Source: Solirubrobacterales bacterium (GTDB lineage: Bacteria > Actinomycetota > Thermoleophilia > Solirubrobacterales > Solirubrobacteraceae). Taken from it: a stretch of DNA of 60,347 nt. How positions within the stretch are numbered: the stretch's first letter is position 1; each line of letters opens with the position of its first letter. Shown here one piece after another: positions 22,017-31,614 of the stretch. The translations under genes were made by a program, and so were the position numbers. The stretch is taken from assembly GCA_038234375.1 (NCBI GenBank), contig JBBSUL010000001.1, positions 1 through 60,347 of the forward strand, in the 5' to 3' direction. The notes beneath the pieces were generated by a model that was not told the DNA's origin, did no database searches, and worked only from the letters and a program-made list of their open reading frames with translations.

Positions 22017-22792
22017 TGAGCCCGTTCGCGATCATCACGATCCGCCTGGCCCCGGAGATCCACCTCGGACCGGTCACCCTCGCCTGGCACGGGCTGACGA
22101 TCGCGCTGGGCATCCTGCTCGGCGGCCTGTACGCGGCACGCCGGGTCCGGCGCCAGGGCCTGCCGCCTGATCCGGTGCAGAACCTCGTCGGACTCGCGGG
22201 CCTCGGTGGCCTGATCGGCGGACGGCTGTTCTACGTCCTCGAGCACGGCGGCCCGCTGCTGGGCACTCGGGGGTTCACCTTCGACGGCGGTCTCATCCTC
22301 GCCGCGATCCTCATCGTGATCTACGTCCGCCGCACCCAGCTGCACAGCGCCTACCTGGACGCGGTCGCCATCGGCCTGCCGCTGGGGGTGGCCGTCGGGC
22401 GCCTCGGCGACGTCATCAACGGTGAGCACTACGGGGCCCGCAGCATGTCGTTCCTGGCCGTGCGCAACGCCAACCCGGACGCCCTGACGCCCGACCCGCG
22501 CTTCGCCTACGAGAACGGCGGCCTGTACGAGGTGCTGCTCGGAGCGCTGATCTTCGTGGTTCTGCTCGCGGTGCAGCGTCACGTTCGTCGCCCCGGAGAC
22601 CTGGCGTGGCTGGTGTTCGCCCTGTTCGCCGTCGGTCGCTTCTTCGAGTTCTTCCTGCGGTCCGACAGCCCGAACCTCGCGCTCGGCCTGAACAACGCGC
22701 AGTGGACCAGCGTCGTGCTGCTGGCCGTGGTGGTGGTCGGGCGAACGGTCAGCGCCCGGCGCCGGGGACCGGCCGCAGCGACGCCAGGCTGA
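22016..22792 (+). CDS. lgt: Prolipoprotein diacylglyceryl transferase paralog
   Basis: WHGL, GGRLFYV, GRLGDVINGEHYG, LYE, RFFEFFLR, AQW. Confidence 0.85.
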   Translation: MSPFAIITIRLAPEIHLGPVTLAWHGLTIALGILLGGLYAARRVRRQGLPPDPVQNLVGLAGLGGLIGGRLFYVLEHGGPLLGTRGFTFDGGLILAAILIVIYVRRTQLHSAYLDAVAIGLPLGVAVGRLGDVINGEHYGARSMSFLAVRNANPDALTPDPRFAYENGGLYEVLLGALIFVVLLAVQRHVRRPGDLAWLVFALFAVGRFFEFFLRSDSPNLALGLNNAQWTSVVLLAVVVVGRTVSARRRGPAAATPG

Positions 22793-22815
22793 CTGCCGCT
22801 GGGCCCGCCCGGTGC

Positions 22816-23328
22816 TCAGGTCGTGCCGGGCCGCGTGCAGGAGACCATGCCGCGCAGGCGGAAGGCCAGCCCGGCGCCCAGCAGGCCGACGCTCAGCACG
22901 CCGAGGATGGGCTGCAGGGGCGCCCAGTAGCTGAGGGCGCCGCTGACGCCCACCAACGAGACGACCAGCTTGTTGCAGATCGGGCAACCGACGGCGAACG
23001 TGGACAGCAGGGTGGCTCCGAGGGTCCGGCCGGAGCGGTCCCGGGTGCCGTCGGGAGTCGCGGAGCGCAGGTATGTCGCCGCGGTGACGCCCGCCAGCAG
23101 CGCGGACGCGGCCCATACGGGGTAGTTCCACCAGAGCACCGGGGTCATCCGCGTGTAGAAGCCGGTGCGGATCACCCCGGTCGGGACGCCGATGACCAGA
23201 GCGGCCACGATCGTCGCCGCGGCGGCCACCGCCCAGCGCGCGACGGTCCATGTCCGCAGCAGCGACAGCGCACCGCGGAGGCTTGGGGAGGTCTCGAACG
23301 ATGCGGGAGCCGCGGCGGAGGACGCCAT
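22816..23328 (-). CDS. Membrane protein with CPxC motif
   Basis: Four TM segments; FAVGCPICNKLVV; LSYWAPLQP. Confidence 0.75.
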   Translation of the reverse strand: MASSAAAPASFETSPSLRGALSLLRTWTVARWAVAAAATIVAALVIGVPTGVIRTGFYTRMTPVLWWNYPVWAASALLAGVTAATYLRSATPDGTRDRSGRTLGATLLSTFAVGCPICNKLVVSLVGVSGALSYWAPLQPILGVLSVGLLGAGLAFRLRGMVSCTRPGTT

Positions 23329-23514
23329 GTCCGGAAGTGTACGCAAAACCTACGCAATGTAGGAGACGTCGGTTCGTTGCCTGTCCGGTCCGCGCAGCGC
23401 ACGGGCGAACGGAACTAAACGCCACAGTCGTGAACGCGCGTCGCCCGGCGGCGGGCGCGCAGCGGTCGGTTGTGTCGGTGTGCATGCTGATGGCACCGGG
23501 CGTCGCGGATTCGT

Positions 23515-23601
23515 GGCCCGGCCAACACCGAGCACGAGCGCGAAGACGGCGAGCGTGATGGGGATGTCGGCGACGTTGAACGACAGCCAGCTGATGTCCG
23601 C
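23515..23601 (-). pseudogene. lspA: Lipoprotein signal peptidase C-terminal remnant
   Basis: Minus strand reads DISWLSFNVADIPITLAVFALVLG (LspA FNxAD motif plus last TM). Confidence 0.6.
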
Positions 23602-23622
23602 ATGACCGTTAGAGTATTGGTT

Positions 23623-23985
23623 GTGAATGCGGATGAGACCTGCGAACTGCTGTGCATCGACGTGCCGAAGGCCGAAGCGCTGCGCCGCGCGCTGCCTGTC
23701 CTCGATGCGCTGGAAGCTGCCGCCGAGAGCGCGAAGGCGCTCTCAGACCCGACCCGTCTGCGGTTGGCTCTCGCGTTGCGAGAGGGCGGGGAACTGTGCG
23801 TGTGCGACCTGGCGTGGATCAGTGAGCGCCAGGACAAGCTCGTCTCTCACCATCTGCGCCAGCTGCGGGCAGGGGGGCTTGCACGGTCACGCAAGGACGG
23901 TCGGATGGTCCTCTACTCGCTGACCGACCGCGGCCACGTGCTTCTCGTGGCGGTAGCGGCCGAAGCAGCGGCCGAGGTGGCGTGA
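23623..23985 (+). CDS. CadC-like ArsR/SmtB regulator (start 23602 or 23623)
   Basis: TCELLC N-terminal cysteines, KALSDPTRL, ELCVCDL, VSHHLRQL. Confidence 0.88.
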   Translation: MNADETCELLCIDVPKAEALRRALPVLDALEAAAESAKALSDPTRLRLALALREGGELCVCDLAWISERQDKLVSHHLRQLRAGGLARSRKDGRMVLYSLTDRGHVLLVAVAAEAAAEVA

Positions 23986-26351
23986 TGAGCGAGACGCCGA
24001 TGCTGCCGATGGCGGCGGGTTCGGAGCCTGAGGCACCCACCGTCGGGCCGGACGCGCAGCGCTTCCGCGTCGAGGGTATGGATTGCGCGTCGTGTGCCCG
24101 CACGGTGCAGAAGGTGGTCGCCGGCCTCGATGGCGTGCGTGCGGCGCAGGTCTCGTTCGGCAACGCGACGTTGCTCGTTGACGGCGACGTTCCTCCCGAC
24201 GCGGTGCGCAACGCGGTTCGGCGCGCGGGCTACACCGCCAGTGAGGCTGGGCATCACCGTGACACGAGCACGCCGTTCTGGCGTCGTAGCCCTCGTGCGC
24301 TCTCGACGACGCTCTCGCTCGGGCTGCTGTTCCCGGCGGTCGCGGCGTCGCTGCTGACTGCGCCACGGGTCGTCAGCGAGCCGCTGTACCTGCTGTCGAT
24401 GGGGGTCGGCGGCTGGCCGATCGCCTACGCCGCGCTCGGGGCACTGCGCCGCCGCACGCTCGACATGAACGTGCTGATGACGATGGCGGCGGTGGGTGCG
24501 GTTGGTATCGGTGGCTACGCCGAGGCAGCGTGGGTGCTGGTCCTGTTCGCCGTCGGGACCACGCTTGAGAGCTTCGCGCTGGACCGCAGTCGCCGCTCGG
24601 TCGAGATGCTGATGGAGCTCGCGCCCGCAGAGGCCAACATCCTTGTCGACGGTCGCGAGCAGACCGTGCCGGTCGAGGAGGTCGTCCTGGGCGCGTTGCT
24701 CATCGTGCGCCCCGGTGAGCGGCTGCCCCTCGATGGCGTCGTCGTCGAGGGGAACTCCTGCGTCGATGAATCCGCGCTCACTGGCGAGTCGGTCCCCGTG
24801 GACAAGGAATCGGGCTCCGAGATCTTCGCCGGCACGCTGAACGCCTTCGGCGCCCTTACGATGCGCGCGACCTCGGGCGCGGCGGACTCGACACTCGCGC
24901 GTGTCGCACAGCTGGTCGCCGACGCGCAGGGCAGCCAGGCGCCGTCGGAGCGGTTCGTCGACCGTTTCGCGCGCGTGTATACGCCGCTGGTGTTCGCCGC
25001 CGCGGTGCTCGTGGCGGTCGTGCCGACGCTGGCGGGCGGCGACTTCGACACGTGGCTGTACCGCGCGCTGGCGCTGCTCATCGTCGCGTGTCCGTGCGCG
25101 CTGGTCATCTCCGTGCCGGTCAGCGTGGTGTCGGCCATCGGCGGAGCCGCCCGGCGCGGCGTGCTCATCAAGGGCGGCCAGGCGCTGGAGGATCTCGGCC
25201 GCGTCACCGTCGTCGCCATCGACAAGACCGGCACCCTGACCGAGGGCCGCCCGTTGCTGGCGAGCACCACGGTCCCGGGCAGCGGGGACGAGCAGCAGCT
25301 CCTCGCCTTGATGGCGGGCGTCGAGCGCGGCTCCGAGCATCCGCTCGGGCTCGCGCTCGTGCGTGCCGCCGAGGAGTCGGGCATCCCCGTGCCCGCGGCG
25401 ACCCAGTTCGAGGCGCTGCCGGGCCGCGGGGCCGTCGCCGTCGTTGCCGGCCGCCGGCTGTGGGCGGGCGGGCCACGCCTGGCCGCCACGCATGGCGCGA
25501 CGCTGCCGGACGAGCTCGAGCGGGCCGAGGAACGCGGCGAGACGGCGGTCCTGCTCGGCGAGGGCGACCGTGTTCTCGCCGTTTTCGGGCTGGCCGACCA
25601 GCCCCGTACCCAAGCCGCCGACGCCGTCCGCGGACTCCGCGAGCAGGCTGACGTCGAACGCGTGGTGATGCTCACCGGCGACAGCGATCGCGTCGCACGC
25701 GCGGTCGCGCAGCGCACCGGCGTCACCGAGTGGCGAGCCGGCCTGCTGCCCGAGGACAAGCTCGCCGCCGTCCGCGCGCTGCGCGACGAGCACGGCCCGA
25801 CAGCGATGGTGGGCGATGGCGTCAACGACGCCCCGGCGCTGGCCGGCGCGACGGTCGGCGTGGCGATGGGCGCGGCCGGCTCTGACGTCGCGCTGGAGTC
25901 CGCGGACGTCGCGCTGATGAGCGACAACCTCGACCGCCTGCCCGAGGCGCTCACGCACAGCCGCCGCGCGCTGCGCATCATGCATCAGAACGTCGGCATC
26001 TCGCTGATGACCAAGGCCGTCTTCGTCGTCCTCGCCCCGCTCGGCTATGTGACCCTCGTGGTCGCGATCGTCGCCGACATGGGCATCTCGTTGCTGGTCA
26101 CGCTCAACGGCCTGCGGCTGATGCGCGCGACCTCCGGCGCCGTAAGCACTACCGACGTCACTGCCGCCCCGGTCCCAGCAGGCCGACCGGCCGTCTCGAC
26201 CTGTGAGGACGGCTGCTGTGCGACAGAGAACCAAGCCGATGTCGTCGCGCTCGCTGCCGCTGCTTTTCTGGATGAGCGCGCGGCGAAGCCGGCGACCGGC
26301 GCCGAGCCGTTGGCCCTAGTCTCGCGGGCGGGTGGCAAAGTACTACGATAG
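23985..26351 (+). CDS. cadA: Zn/Cd/Pb P1B-type ATPase
   Basis: [36 protein letters not shown] Lys and ADMG. Confidence 0.92.
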   Translation: MSETPMLPMAAGSEPEAPTVGPDAQRFRVEGMDCASCARTVQKVVAGLDGVRAAQVSFGNATLLVDGDVPPDAVRNAVRRAGYTASEAGHHRDTSTPFWRRSPRALSTTLSLGLLFPAVAASLLTAPRVVSEPLYLLSMGVGGWPIAYAALGALRRRTLDMNVLMTMAAVGAVGIGGYAEAAWVLVLFAVGTTLESFALDRSRRSVEMLMELAPAEANILVDGREQTVPVEEVVLGALLIVRPGERLPLDGVVVEGNSCVDESALTGESVPVDKESGSEIFAGTLNAFGALTMRATSGAADSTLARVAQLVADAQGSQAPSERFVDRFARVYTPLVFAAAVLVAVVPTLAGGDFDTWLYRALALLIVACPCALVISVPVSVVSAIGGAARRGVLIKGGQALEDLGRVTVVAIDKTGTLTEGRPLLASTTVPGSGDEQQLLALMAGVERGSEHPLGLALVRAAEESGIPVPAATQFEALPGRGAVAVVAGRRLWAGGPRLAATHGATLPDELERAEERGETAVLLGEGDRVLAVFGLADQPRTQAADAVRGLREQADVERVVMLTGDSDRVARAVAQRTGVTEWRAGLLPEDKLAAVRALRDEHGPTAMVGDGVNDAPALAGATVGVAMGAAGSDVALESADVALMSDNLDRLPEALTHSRRALRIMHQNVGISLMTKAVFVVLAPLGYVTLVVAIVADMGISLLVTLNGLRLMRATSGAVSTTDVTAAPVPAGRPAVSTCEDGCCATENQADVVALAAAAFLDERAAKPATGAEPLALVSRAGGKVLR

Positions 26352-26358
26352 ATAGTTG

Positions 26359-27984
26359 ATGCGCCGGGGTCTGTTCATCGTCGTGGCGGTCCTCGTCGTG
26401 GTGTTGGCGACTGCGGGTTCGGCTGGCGCGCATTCGGCGTTTCTGGGGTCAACCCCGGAGCCGGGGGCGCGCCTGGAGCGTGGCCCGCGTCTGGTGAAGT
26501 TGACGTTCACCGAGCCGCTGAACGAGCGGTTGAGCACGGCGACGGTGGTACGTCTGGGGAGCGGTGGAGGACCGGTGCGGACGCGCGGTCGGCCATCGGG
26601 CAAGCGCTTGATCCTGGAGGTGTTGGCCACGTTGCCGCGTGGGGCCTATCAGGTGCGGTGGCACACGGTGTCCACGCGTGACGGTCATGCGCTGGAGGGC
26701 ACGTTCGCCTTCGGGGTGCGGGCGGCGGTGGCGGGCGGGGGTGAGCATGACGTGCAGCAGAGCCCGTTCGCGCGGCAGGGTGAGCTTCGGGTGGCGGCCC
26801 GCGTCCTGTTGTACGCGTCGCTGCTGGTCTTCGGCGGCGCGCTGTTGGTGCAGGCCATGCTGGGTGGTCGCGACGGGCGCTGCTGGCTGACGCTCGCGGA
26901 CACAGGCGATCCGGCTCGTGTGCGGGTGAGCAGGCGTGAGCGTGCGATCGTGCTGCACGCGGGCTGCGTGGCGGTCGGGGCGGCCGCGTTGAGTGCGGCC
27001 GCCGATGCGGCGGACGCTGCGGGTGGGTTCTCGGCCCGCGGCCTGGCGGAGTTCCTGTTGTACGCCGACGCGGGTCTGACGCGCCTGGCCGTCGTCGGTC
27101 TGCTCGCCGTGGCTCTGGCTGTCGTCGCGGCGGGCCGGCGGCGCGCAGCGGTCGTCCCGGCGGCGGCGGCCATGTTGGCGCTCGCGGTCTCCGGGCACGC
27201 CAACGCGAGCGCCCCGCGGGCGCTGGCCGTGCTCGTCGACTGGCTGCACCTGCTGTCGGCGGCGGTGTGGGCCGGAGGCATTGCTGTGCTCGTGCTCGTG
27301 TGGCTGCCGCTGCTGAGCGGGGCGCCTCGCTCCCGGCGGCACGCCGTCGCAGGGCAGGTGCTGCCGGCGTTCGGGCGGGTCGCCCTACCGGCGTTCGTCG
27401 TGGTTGCCGTCACCGGCATGGTGTCCGCGGGGATCGAGCTCGGCCGTGTCACGGCGTTATGGCAGTCTGACTACGGGCGCGTGCTCATGGTGAAGGTCAG
27501 CGTGGTTGTGCTGATCGCGGCGGCCAGTGCGGTGCACGCCTGGCGCCTGCGGCCGCGCTTCCTGGCCGAGCGGATCGAGTCACGGTCACGCTCCGAGCGC
27601 CGCCACTGGCGGCTGCTCGGGGTCGAGCCGGTGCTCGGCCTGGGCGTCGTCGCGGCGGTGGGGGTGCTGGTGGCCTTTCCGTTGCCCCCGCGGCAGCTCG
27701 ACGACGCTGGCAGCGCCGAGGCCGCGGTCGCCGCCGTCCCGGATTGCTCGCCGTGCCCGCTTCCGTCTCCGCGGCCGGGCGAGCTGGCGGTGGCCGAGCA
27801 CGCGGGCTCCAACGTCGCGGCCGCGTGGGTGCGCCGCGACGGTGCTGCGCTCGTGGGCACGGTGCGGGTCTACGGCCTGAACAAGCGCCCGCGGCCCGGA
27901 CCGTTGCGAGTGCCGGTGCGGTGCAGCGCTCGTGCGGGAGCGGGTGCCGAAGGATCCGCCTGGCGCGCGCGCCACGGGCGTTGA
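26359..27984 (+). CDS. CopC/CopD copper-resistance fusion (probably continues to 28577 across a frameshift)
   Basis: Signal peptide ending A-H, S.P..G, W..VS..DGH, TM domain with SGHA and HLL...WAGG, YG..L..K. Confidence 0.85.
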   Translation: MRRGLFIVVAVLVVVLATAGSAGAHSAFLGSTPEPGARLERGPRLVKLTFTEPLNERLSTATVVRLGSGGGPVRTRGRPSGKRLILEVLATLPRGAYQVRWHTVSTRDGHALEGTFAFGVRAAVAGGGEHDVQQSPFARQGELRVAARVLLYASLLVFGGALLVQAMLGGRDGRCWLTLADTGDPARVRVSRRERAIVLHAGCVAVGAAALSAAADAADAAGGFSARGLAEFLLYADAGLTRLAVVGLLAVALAVVAAGRRRAAVVPAAAAMLALAVSGHANASAPRALAVLVDWLHLLSAAVWAGGIAVLVLVWLPLLSGAPRSRRHAVAGQVLPAFGRVALPAFVVVAVTGMVSAGIELGRVTALWQSDYGRVLMVKVSVVVLIAAASAVHAWRLRPRFLAERIESRSRSERRHWRLLGVEPVLGLGVVAAVGVLVAFPLPPRQLDDAGSAEAAVAAVPDCSPCPLPSPRPGELAVAEHAGSNVAAAWVRRDGAALVGTVRVYGLNKRPRPGPLRVPVRCSARAGAGAEGSAWRARHGR

Positions 27985-28577
27985 CGATCACCCTGTATGA
28001 CCGCGGACGCCGGCGTTCCGCCCACCTGCCCGTGCGCTGGGAGGCCGGTCGCAGCCGTCAGGCCCGCCGGCTGCTGGACCAAGCCCAAGCCACGATGCGC
28101 GCGCTGCGCTCGGTGCGCGAGACCGAGCGTGTGACCAGCGTCCCCGGGCGCGGGGCGACCACCCGGTACGTGCTGCAGGCGCCGGATCGGATGACGTTCC
28201 AGACCGATCTGGGGGTGCGCAGCGTGATCATCGGGTCACGCCAGTGGATCCGGACGGGAGCCTCCGGCTATCGACAGACCCCATACGGAGCGGGCCTGGC
28301 GTTCAGCACCCGCACCTGGTTCACCTGGAGCACGTATGCGCAGTTCACCTACCTGCTGGGGATGCAGCGCGAGCGCGGCCGTGACGTGGCCGTCGTGGCG
28401 CTCATGGATCCCGGCACCCCGGCCTGGTATCGCCTGCACATCGACCGCCGCTCGCATCGCGTGCTGCGCGCGCGGCTGATCACCTACGCGCACTTCTCCA
28501 CCGAGCGCTTCGCGCAGGCCAACGTGCCGGTGCGCATCCAGCCCCCGATTGGAAGCGATCATGGACCCCGACCCTGA
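27916..28577 (+). CDS. C-terminal extracytoplasmic domain of the CopC/D protein (alternate frame after ~27916)
   Basis: GTGCCG-GTGCGG junction restores V-P-G-A-V-Q if one G is added; beta-rich sequence with QAPDR; stop overlaps the next gene. Confidence 0.6.
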
Positions 28578-29259
28578 CGGCCACCCCGACGACGACGTGG
28601 GCACCACCGCATCACGGGGCAGTCGGCTGCGCTTCCTGGCTCCGCTGCTGGGCGCGGGGGCTGCCGCGGCACTCGTCGCGCTGCTGGTCTACGGGGTGCT
28701 GGCGCAGAGCCCGAGCACCCGGATCGACGAGCGCCTGTCGCGCGACCAGGCCACGCCGGCGCCTACCTACCGGTTGCAGGTCCTGCGGGCCGGCAAGCTG
28801 GGTCCACGGCTTGACCGCGCCGTGGCGCCCGCGCTCAAGGACGGCTGGGTGCAGCCGCAAGAGCTGGTCGGAACCCCGTACGTGCTGAACATCTGGGCCT
28901 CGTGGTGCATCCCGTGTCGAGAGGAGGCCCCGCTGCTGGAGCGCCAGTGGCGCGTGCAGCGCCCGCGCGGCGTGCTGTTCGTCGGGCTGAACATGCAGGA
29001 CTTCCGCGAGGACGCCCGGGGGTTCATGGACGGGTTCGGCGTGGACTATCTGAACATCCGCGATCCCACGAACGAGACGTCCCGCCGCTACGGCGCCACC
29101 GGGCTTCCCGAGACGTTCTTCGTCAGCGCCCGCGGCCTGGTGGTCGGCCACGTCATCGGCGCCATCAGCGCCGATCAGCTACGCCGGGGCATCGTCGCCG
29201 CGGCCTCCGGACGTCCCGAGGCCGCTCGCGAGGGTGGGCCCAGGAGAAAGGCACGCTAG
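28561..29259 (+). CDS. TlpA/ResA-family thiol-disulfide oxidoreductase
   Basis: N-terminal TM, NIWASWCIPCREEAP, G.PETF. Confidence 0.92.
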   Translation: MDPDPDGHPDDDVGTTASRGSRLRFLAPLLGAGAAAALVALLVYGVLAQSPSTRIDERLSRDQATPAPTYRLQVLRAGKLGPRLDRAVAPALKDGWVQPQELVGTPYVLNIWASWCIPCREEAPLLERQWRVQRPRGVLFVGLNMQDFREDARGFMDGFGVDYLNIRDPTNETSRRYGATGLPETFFVSARGLVVGHVIGAISADQLRRGIVAAASGRPEAAREGGPRRKAR

Positions 29260-29307
29260 GTAACTACAGCCCGTGTAGTAGGACGCCCTCATGCGGCCGG
29301 ACCTTCT

Positions 29308-29382
29308 TCACCGAAGGTGTTCGACGCCATCCGCACCTTCCGGGCCGCCTACACCGACAAGGCGCCCGAGCTGATCCCGTGA
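29308..29382 (+). pseudogene. Short C-terminal gene remnant (DUF3105-like)
   Basis: SPKVFDAIRTFRAAYTDKAPELIP*, coding-like codon usage, no start. Confidence 0.35.
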
Positions 29383-29406
29383 ACGCACCCGCCGCCCGCG
29401 GCACGG

Positions 29407-30342
29407 TCACGCCGCGGCAAGTCGCGGCGGCCGCCGCCGGCCACCGAGCACGATGCCGGCACCGACCGCGAGCAGCCCCACCACCATCGCGGCCATGCAC
29501 AGCTGGGAGGCCAGAAGGGGAAGGCTGACCGGCCTTCCCGTTCCGCCGGCCTGGGATATACGCATCGCGGCCAGCAGGATCAGCACTGTGCCGGCCAGAG
29601 AGGAGACGATCGAGAGCAGCGGCACCGCCCAGCGAGGGCGATGTCCGAGCAGATGGTCCACCCGCTCGGGGGCCACCCCGGTCACGGCCGGGCCCGACGG
29701 GGCATCGAACGCGATCAGGGCGGCCGCGAGCGGCCGCGGGTCGCCGCGGTGGGCACGGACCGCCGTCGCGTCGGCGGCCAGTTCGGCCAGGCACGCGTAT
29801 CCCTCGGCCGACCGCCGCAGCGCCGGGACGAAGAACAGCGCGTCGCTGGTCACGCGCGTCAGCATCACGCGCAGCGGGTCGCGGCCACGGGCGTGATGGA
29901 GCTCGTGGGCCAGGACCGCGTCCAGCTGGTCGCGCGTCAGCGCGTGCAGCGCCGCGGTGGAGACGTAGACCCGCGGCCTCAGGTAGCCGGCGCAGAAGGC
30001 CATGGCCCGGGTGTCGGCAAAGACCACGGGACCGCGGGGCAGAACGTCGGTCACCTGCAGGGCGGCGAGGAAGCTCCGCGTCGCTCGCAGCTGGCGCACG
30101 ACCGAGCGCATCGCCGCCGTGATCGTGGCCAGCGCGAGGCCACCGAGGACCAGGGCGGCGATCACGGAGGCCGAGAGCCGCTGGGGCAGGCTGAACCCCG
30201 CGCACGCGTTCCAGAGCTCGGTTCCGCGGGGAACGCCGAGCGTGAACATCGACTGCGCCGCGATGGACGCCGCGAGCATGGCCAGTGTGCCGGCGAGCAC
30301 CAGGCCGGCGTGCAGAGTCAGCACGGTACGAGGCCGGGTCAC
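29407..30342 (-). CDS. M56 family (BlaR1-like) membrane metallopeptidase
   Basis: AFCAG..RPRV.VS, AVLAHELHH, ELAAD; coupled to blaI-like gene. Confidence 0.9.
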   Translation of the reverse strand: MTRPRTVLTLHAGLVLAGTLAMLAASIAAQSMFTLGVPRGTELWNACAGFSLPQRLSASVIAALVLGGLALATITAAMRSVVRQLRATRSFLAALQVTDVLPRGPVVFADTRAMAFCAGYLRPRVYVSTAALHALTRDQLDAVLAHELHHARGRDPLRVMLTRVTSDALFFVPALRRSAEGYACLAELAADATAVRAHRGDPRPLAAALIAFDAPSGPAVTGVAPERVDHLLGHRPRWAVPLLSIVSSLAGTVLILLAAMRISQAGGTGRPVSLPLLASQLCMAAMVVGLLAVGAGIVLGGRRRPPRLAAA

Positions 30343-30770
30343 GACTGGGCCAGCCGTCGCAGCGCCGCTTGACGCTTGGGATCAAGCTCGGCCATCTGCC
30401 GCGCGAAATGCACCAGCGCGACCTCGCCGTACTCGTCGACGAGCTGGGTGACCTGGTGGCGGGCGCGGGCCTCCTGGTACTGGGCTGCGGTGAGGATCGG
30501 GGTGTAGATGTCGGTGCGGCCCTGGCGCTCGCGCGTCAGCACGCCCTTGCCGTGCAGCCGCGCCATGATGGTCATGATCGTCGTGTACTTGCGCTGCTTG
30601 ACCGAGCGGGCGTTGAGGGCGTCGAGCACCGTCCGCACGGGGCCTTCGCCGAGCCCCCACAGCTCGGTCATCACCTCGGCCTCCAGGTCGTGCAGGCGCG
30701 GAGGTGCGGGATCGGGGTCGGGGCTCACCGACCGAAGCGTAGTGGTGACGGCTTGAGCGGCGTCGGTCAT
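30339..30770 (-). CDS. BlaI/MecI/CopY family repressor
   Basis: LEAEVM..LW, YTTIMTIMARL..KG.L.R...GR...Y. Confidence 0.92.
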   Translation of the reverse strand: MTDAAQAVTTTLRSVSPDPDPAPPRLHDLEAEVMTELWGLGEGPVRTVLDALNARSVKQRKYTTIMTIMARLHGKGVLTRERQGRTDIYTPILTAAQYQEARARHQVTQLVDEYGEVALVHFARQMAELDPKRQAALRRLAQS

Positions 30771-31501
30771 ATGCCCGCAAAGAACGACAGGCCGTGATCG
30801 GCGAGGAACCGCTGGGCCTCGATGTTCAGCCGGAAGAGCTCGCCGGTGAAGACGAGCACCCCCATGGTGATGAGCACCGCGCCGGACCCCGCCTGCACGA
30901 CCGCATAGTGCCGTTTGAAGAAGCCGAACACCCGCGTGGCGGAGTTGAAGGCCACCGCAGCGAACACGAACGGGATGGCCAGGCCCGCCGAGTACACGGT
31001 CAGCAGCAGCGCGCCCTGGCCGGTCCCCTGCGTCGTGGCCGCCAGCCCGAGGATGGCACCGAGGGTCGGCCCGACGCAGGGGGTCCACGCGATGGCGAAC
31101 GCGGCCCCGGCCACGACGGGGCCACCGCGTCCGGCCCGCTCGATCAGGCCATCCGGTCGCCACTCCCGGTTCAGGCGCGCGAAGAACACCGACCCGAGGA
31201 ACACCACGCCCATGGTGATGACCATCGCGCCGGCGATCTTGTTGAGCGCGGGCTGGTTTGCGTACAGGAACGAGCCGATCGCCGTGGCGCCCAGGCCGAG
31301 CAGGATGAAGATCAGCGAGAACGTCCCGACGAAGATCAGGCTGCGCCCCACCACGCGGCGGTCCACCCGCCCGCCGAGATCATCCGGGGCGGTGCCCGAG
31401 ACGGTGGCCAGGTAGCCGGGGACCAGTGGCAGGCAGCATGGCGAGACAAACGACACCAGGCCGGCGGCGAACGCCAGGGCGATGCTCGGGGCGCCGATCA
31501 A
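30767..31501 (-). CDS. ccdA: Cytochrome c biogenesis/thiol-disulfide transporter CcdA
   Basis: GLVSFVSPCCLPLVPGY, WTPCVGPTL, YSAGLAIPF; start uncertain. Confidence 0.92.
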   Translation of the reverse strand: MIGAPSIALAFAAGLVSFVSPCCLPLVPGYLATVSGTAPDDLGGRVDRRVVGRSLIFVGTFSLIFILLGLGATAIGSFLYANQPALNKIAGAMVITMGVVFLGSVFFARLNREWRPDGLIERAGRGGPVVAGAAFAIAWTPCVGPTLGAILGLAATTQGTGQGALLLTVYSAGLAIPFVFAAVAFNSATRVFGFFKRHYAVVQAGSGAVLITMGVLVFTGELFRLNIEAQRFLADHGLSFFAGI

Positions 31502-31614
31502 CACCGGTGCGCGGAAGACGAAGTGACGGAGAGCATCTACTAGGACCAATAGTACTTACGGGCCGGTGGGCCCGCGGTGGCGCGGCTCAGGCCGCGGCAC
31601 CAGGGCCGCGAGGT

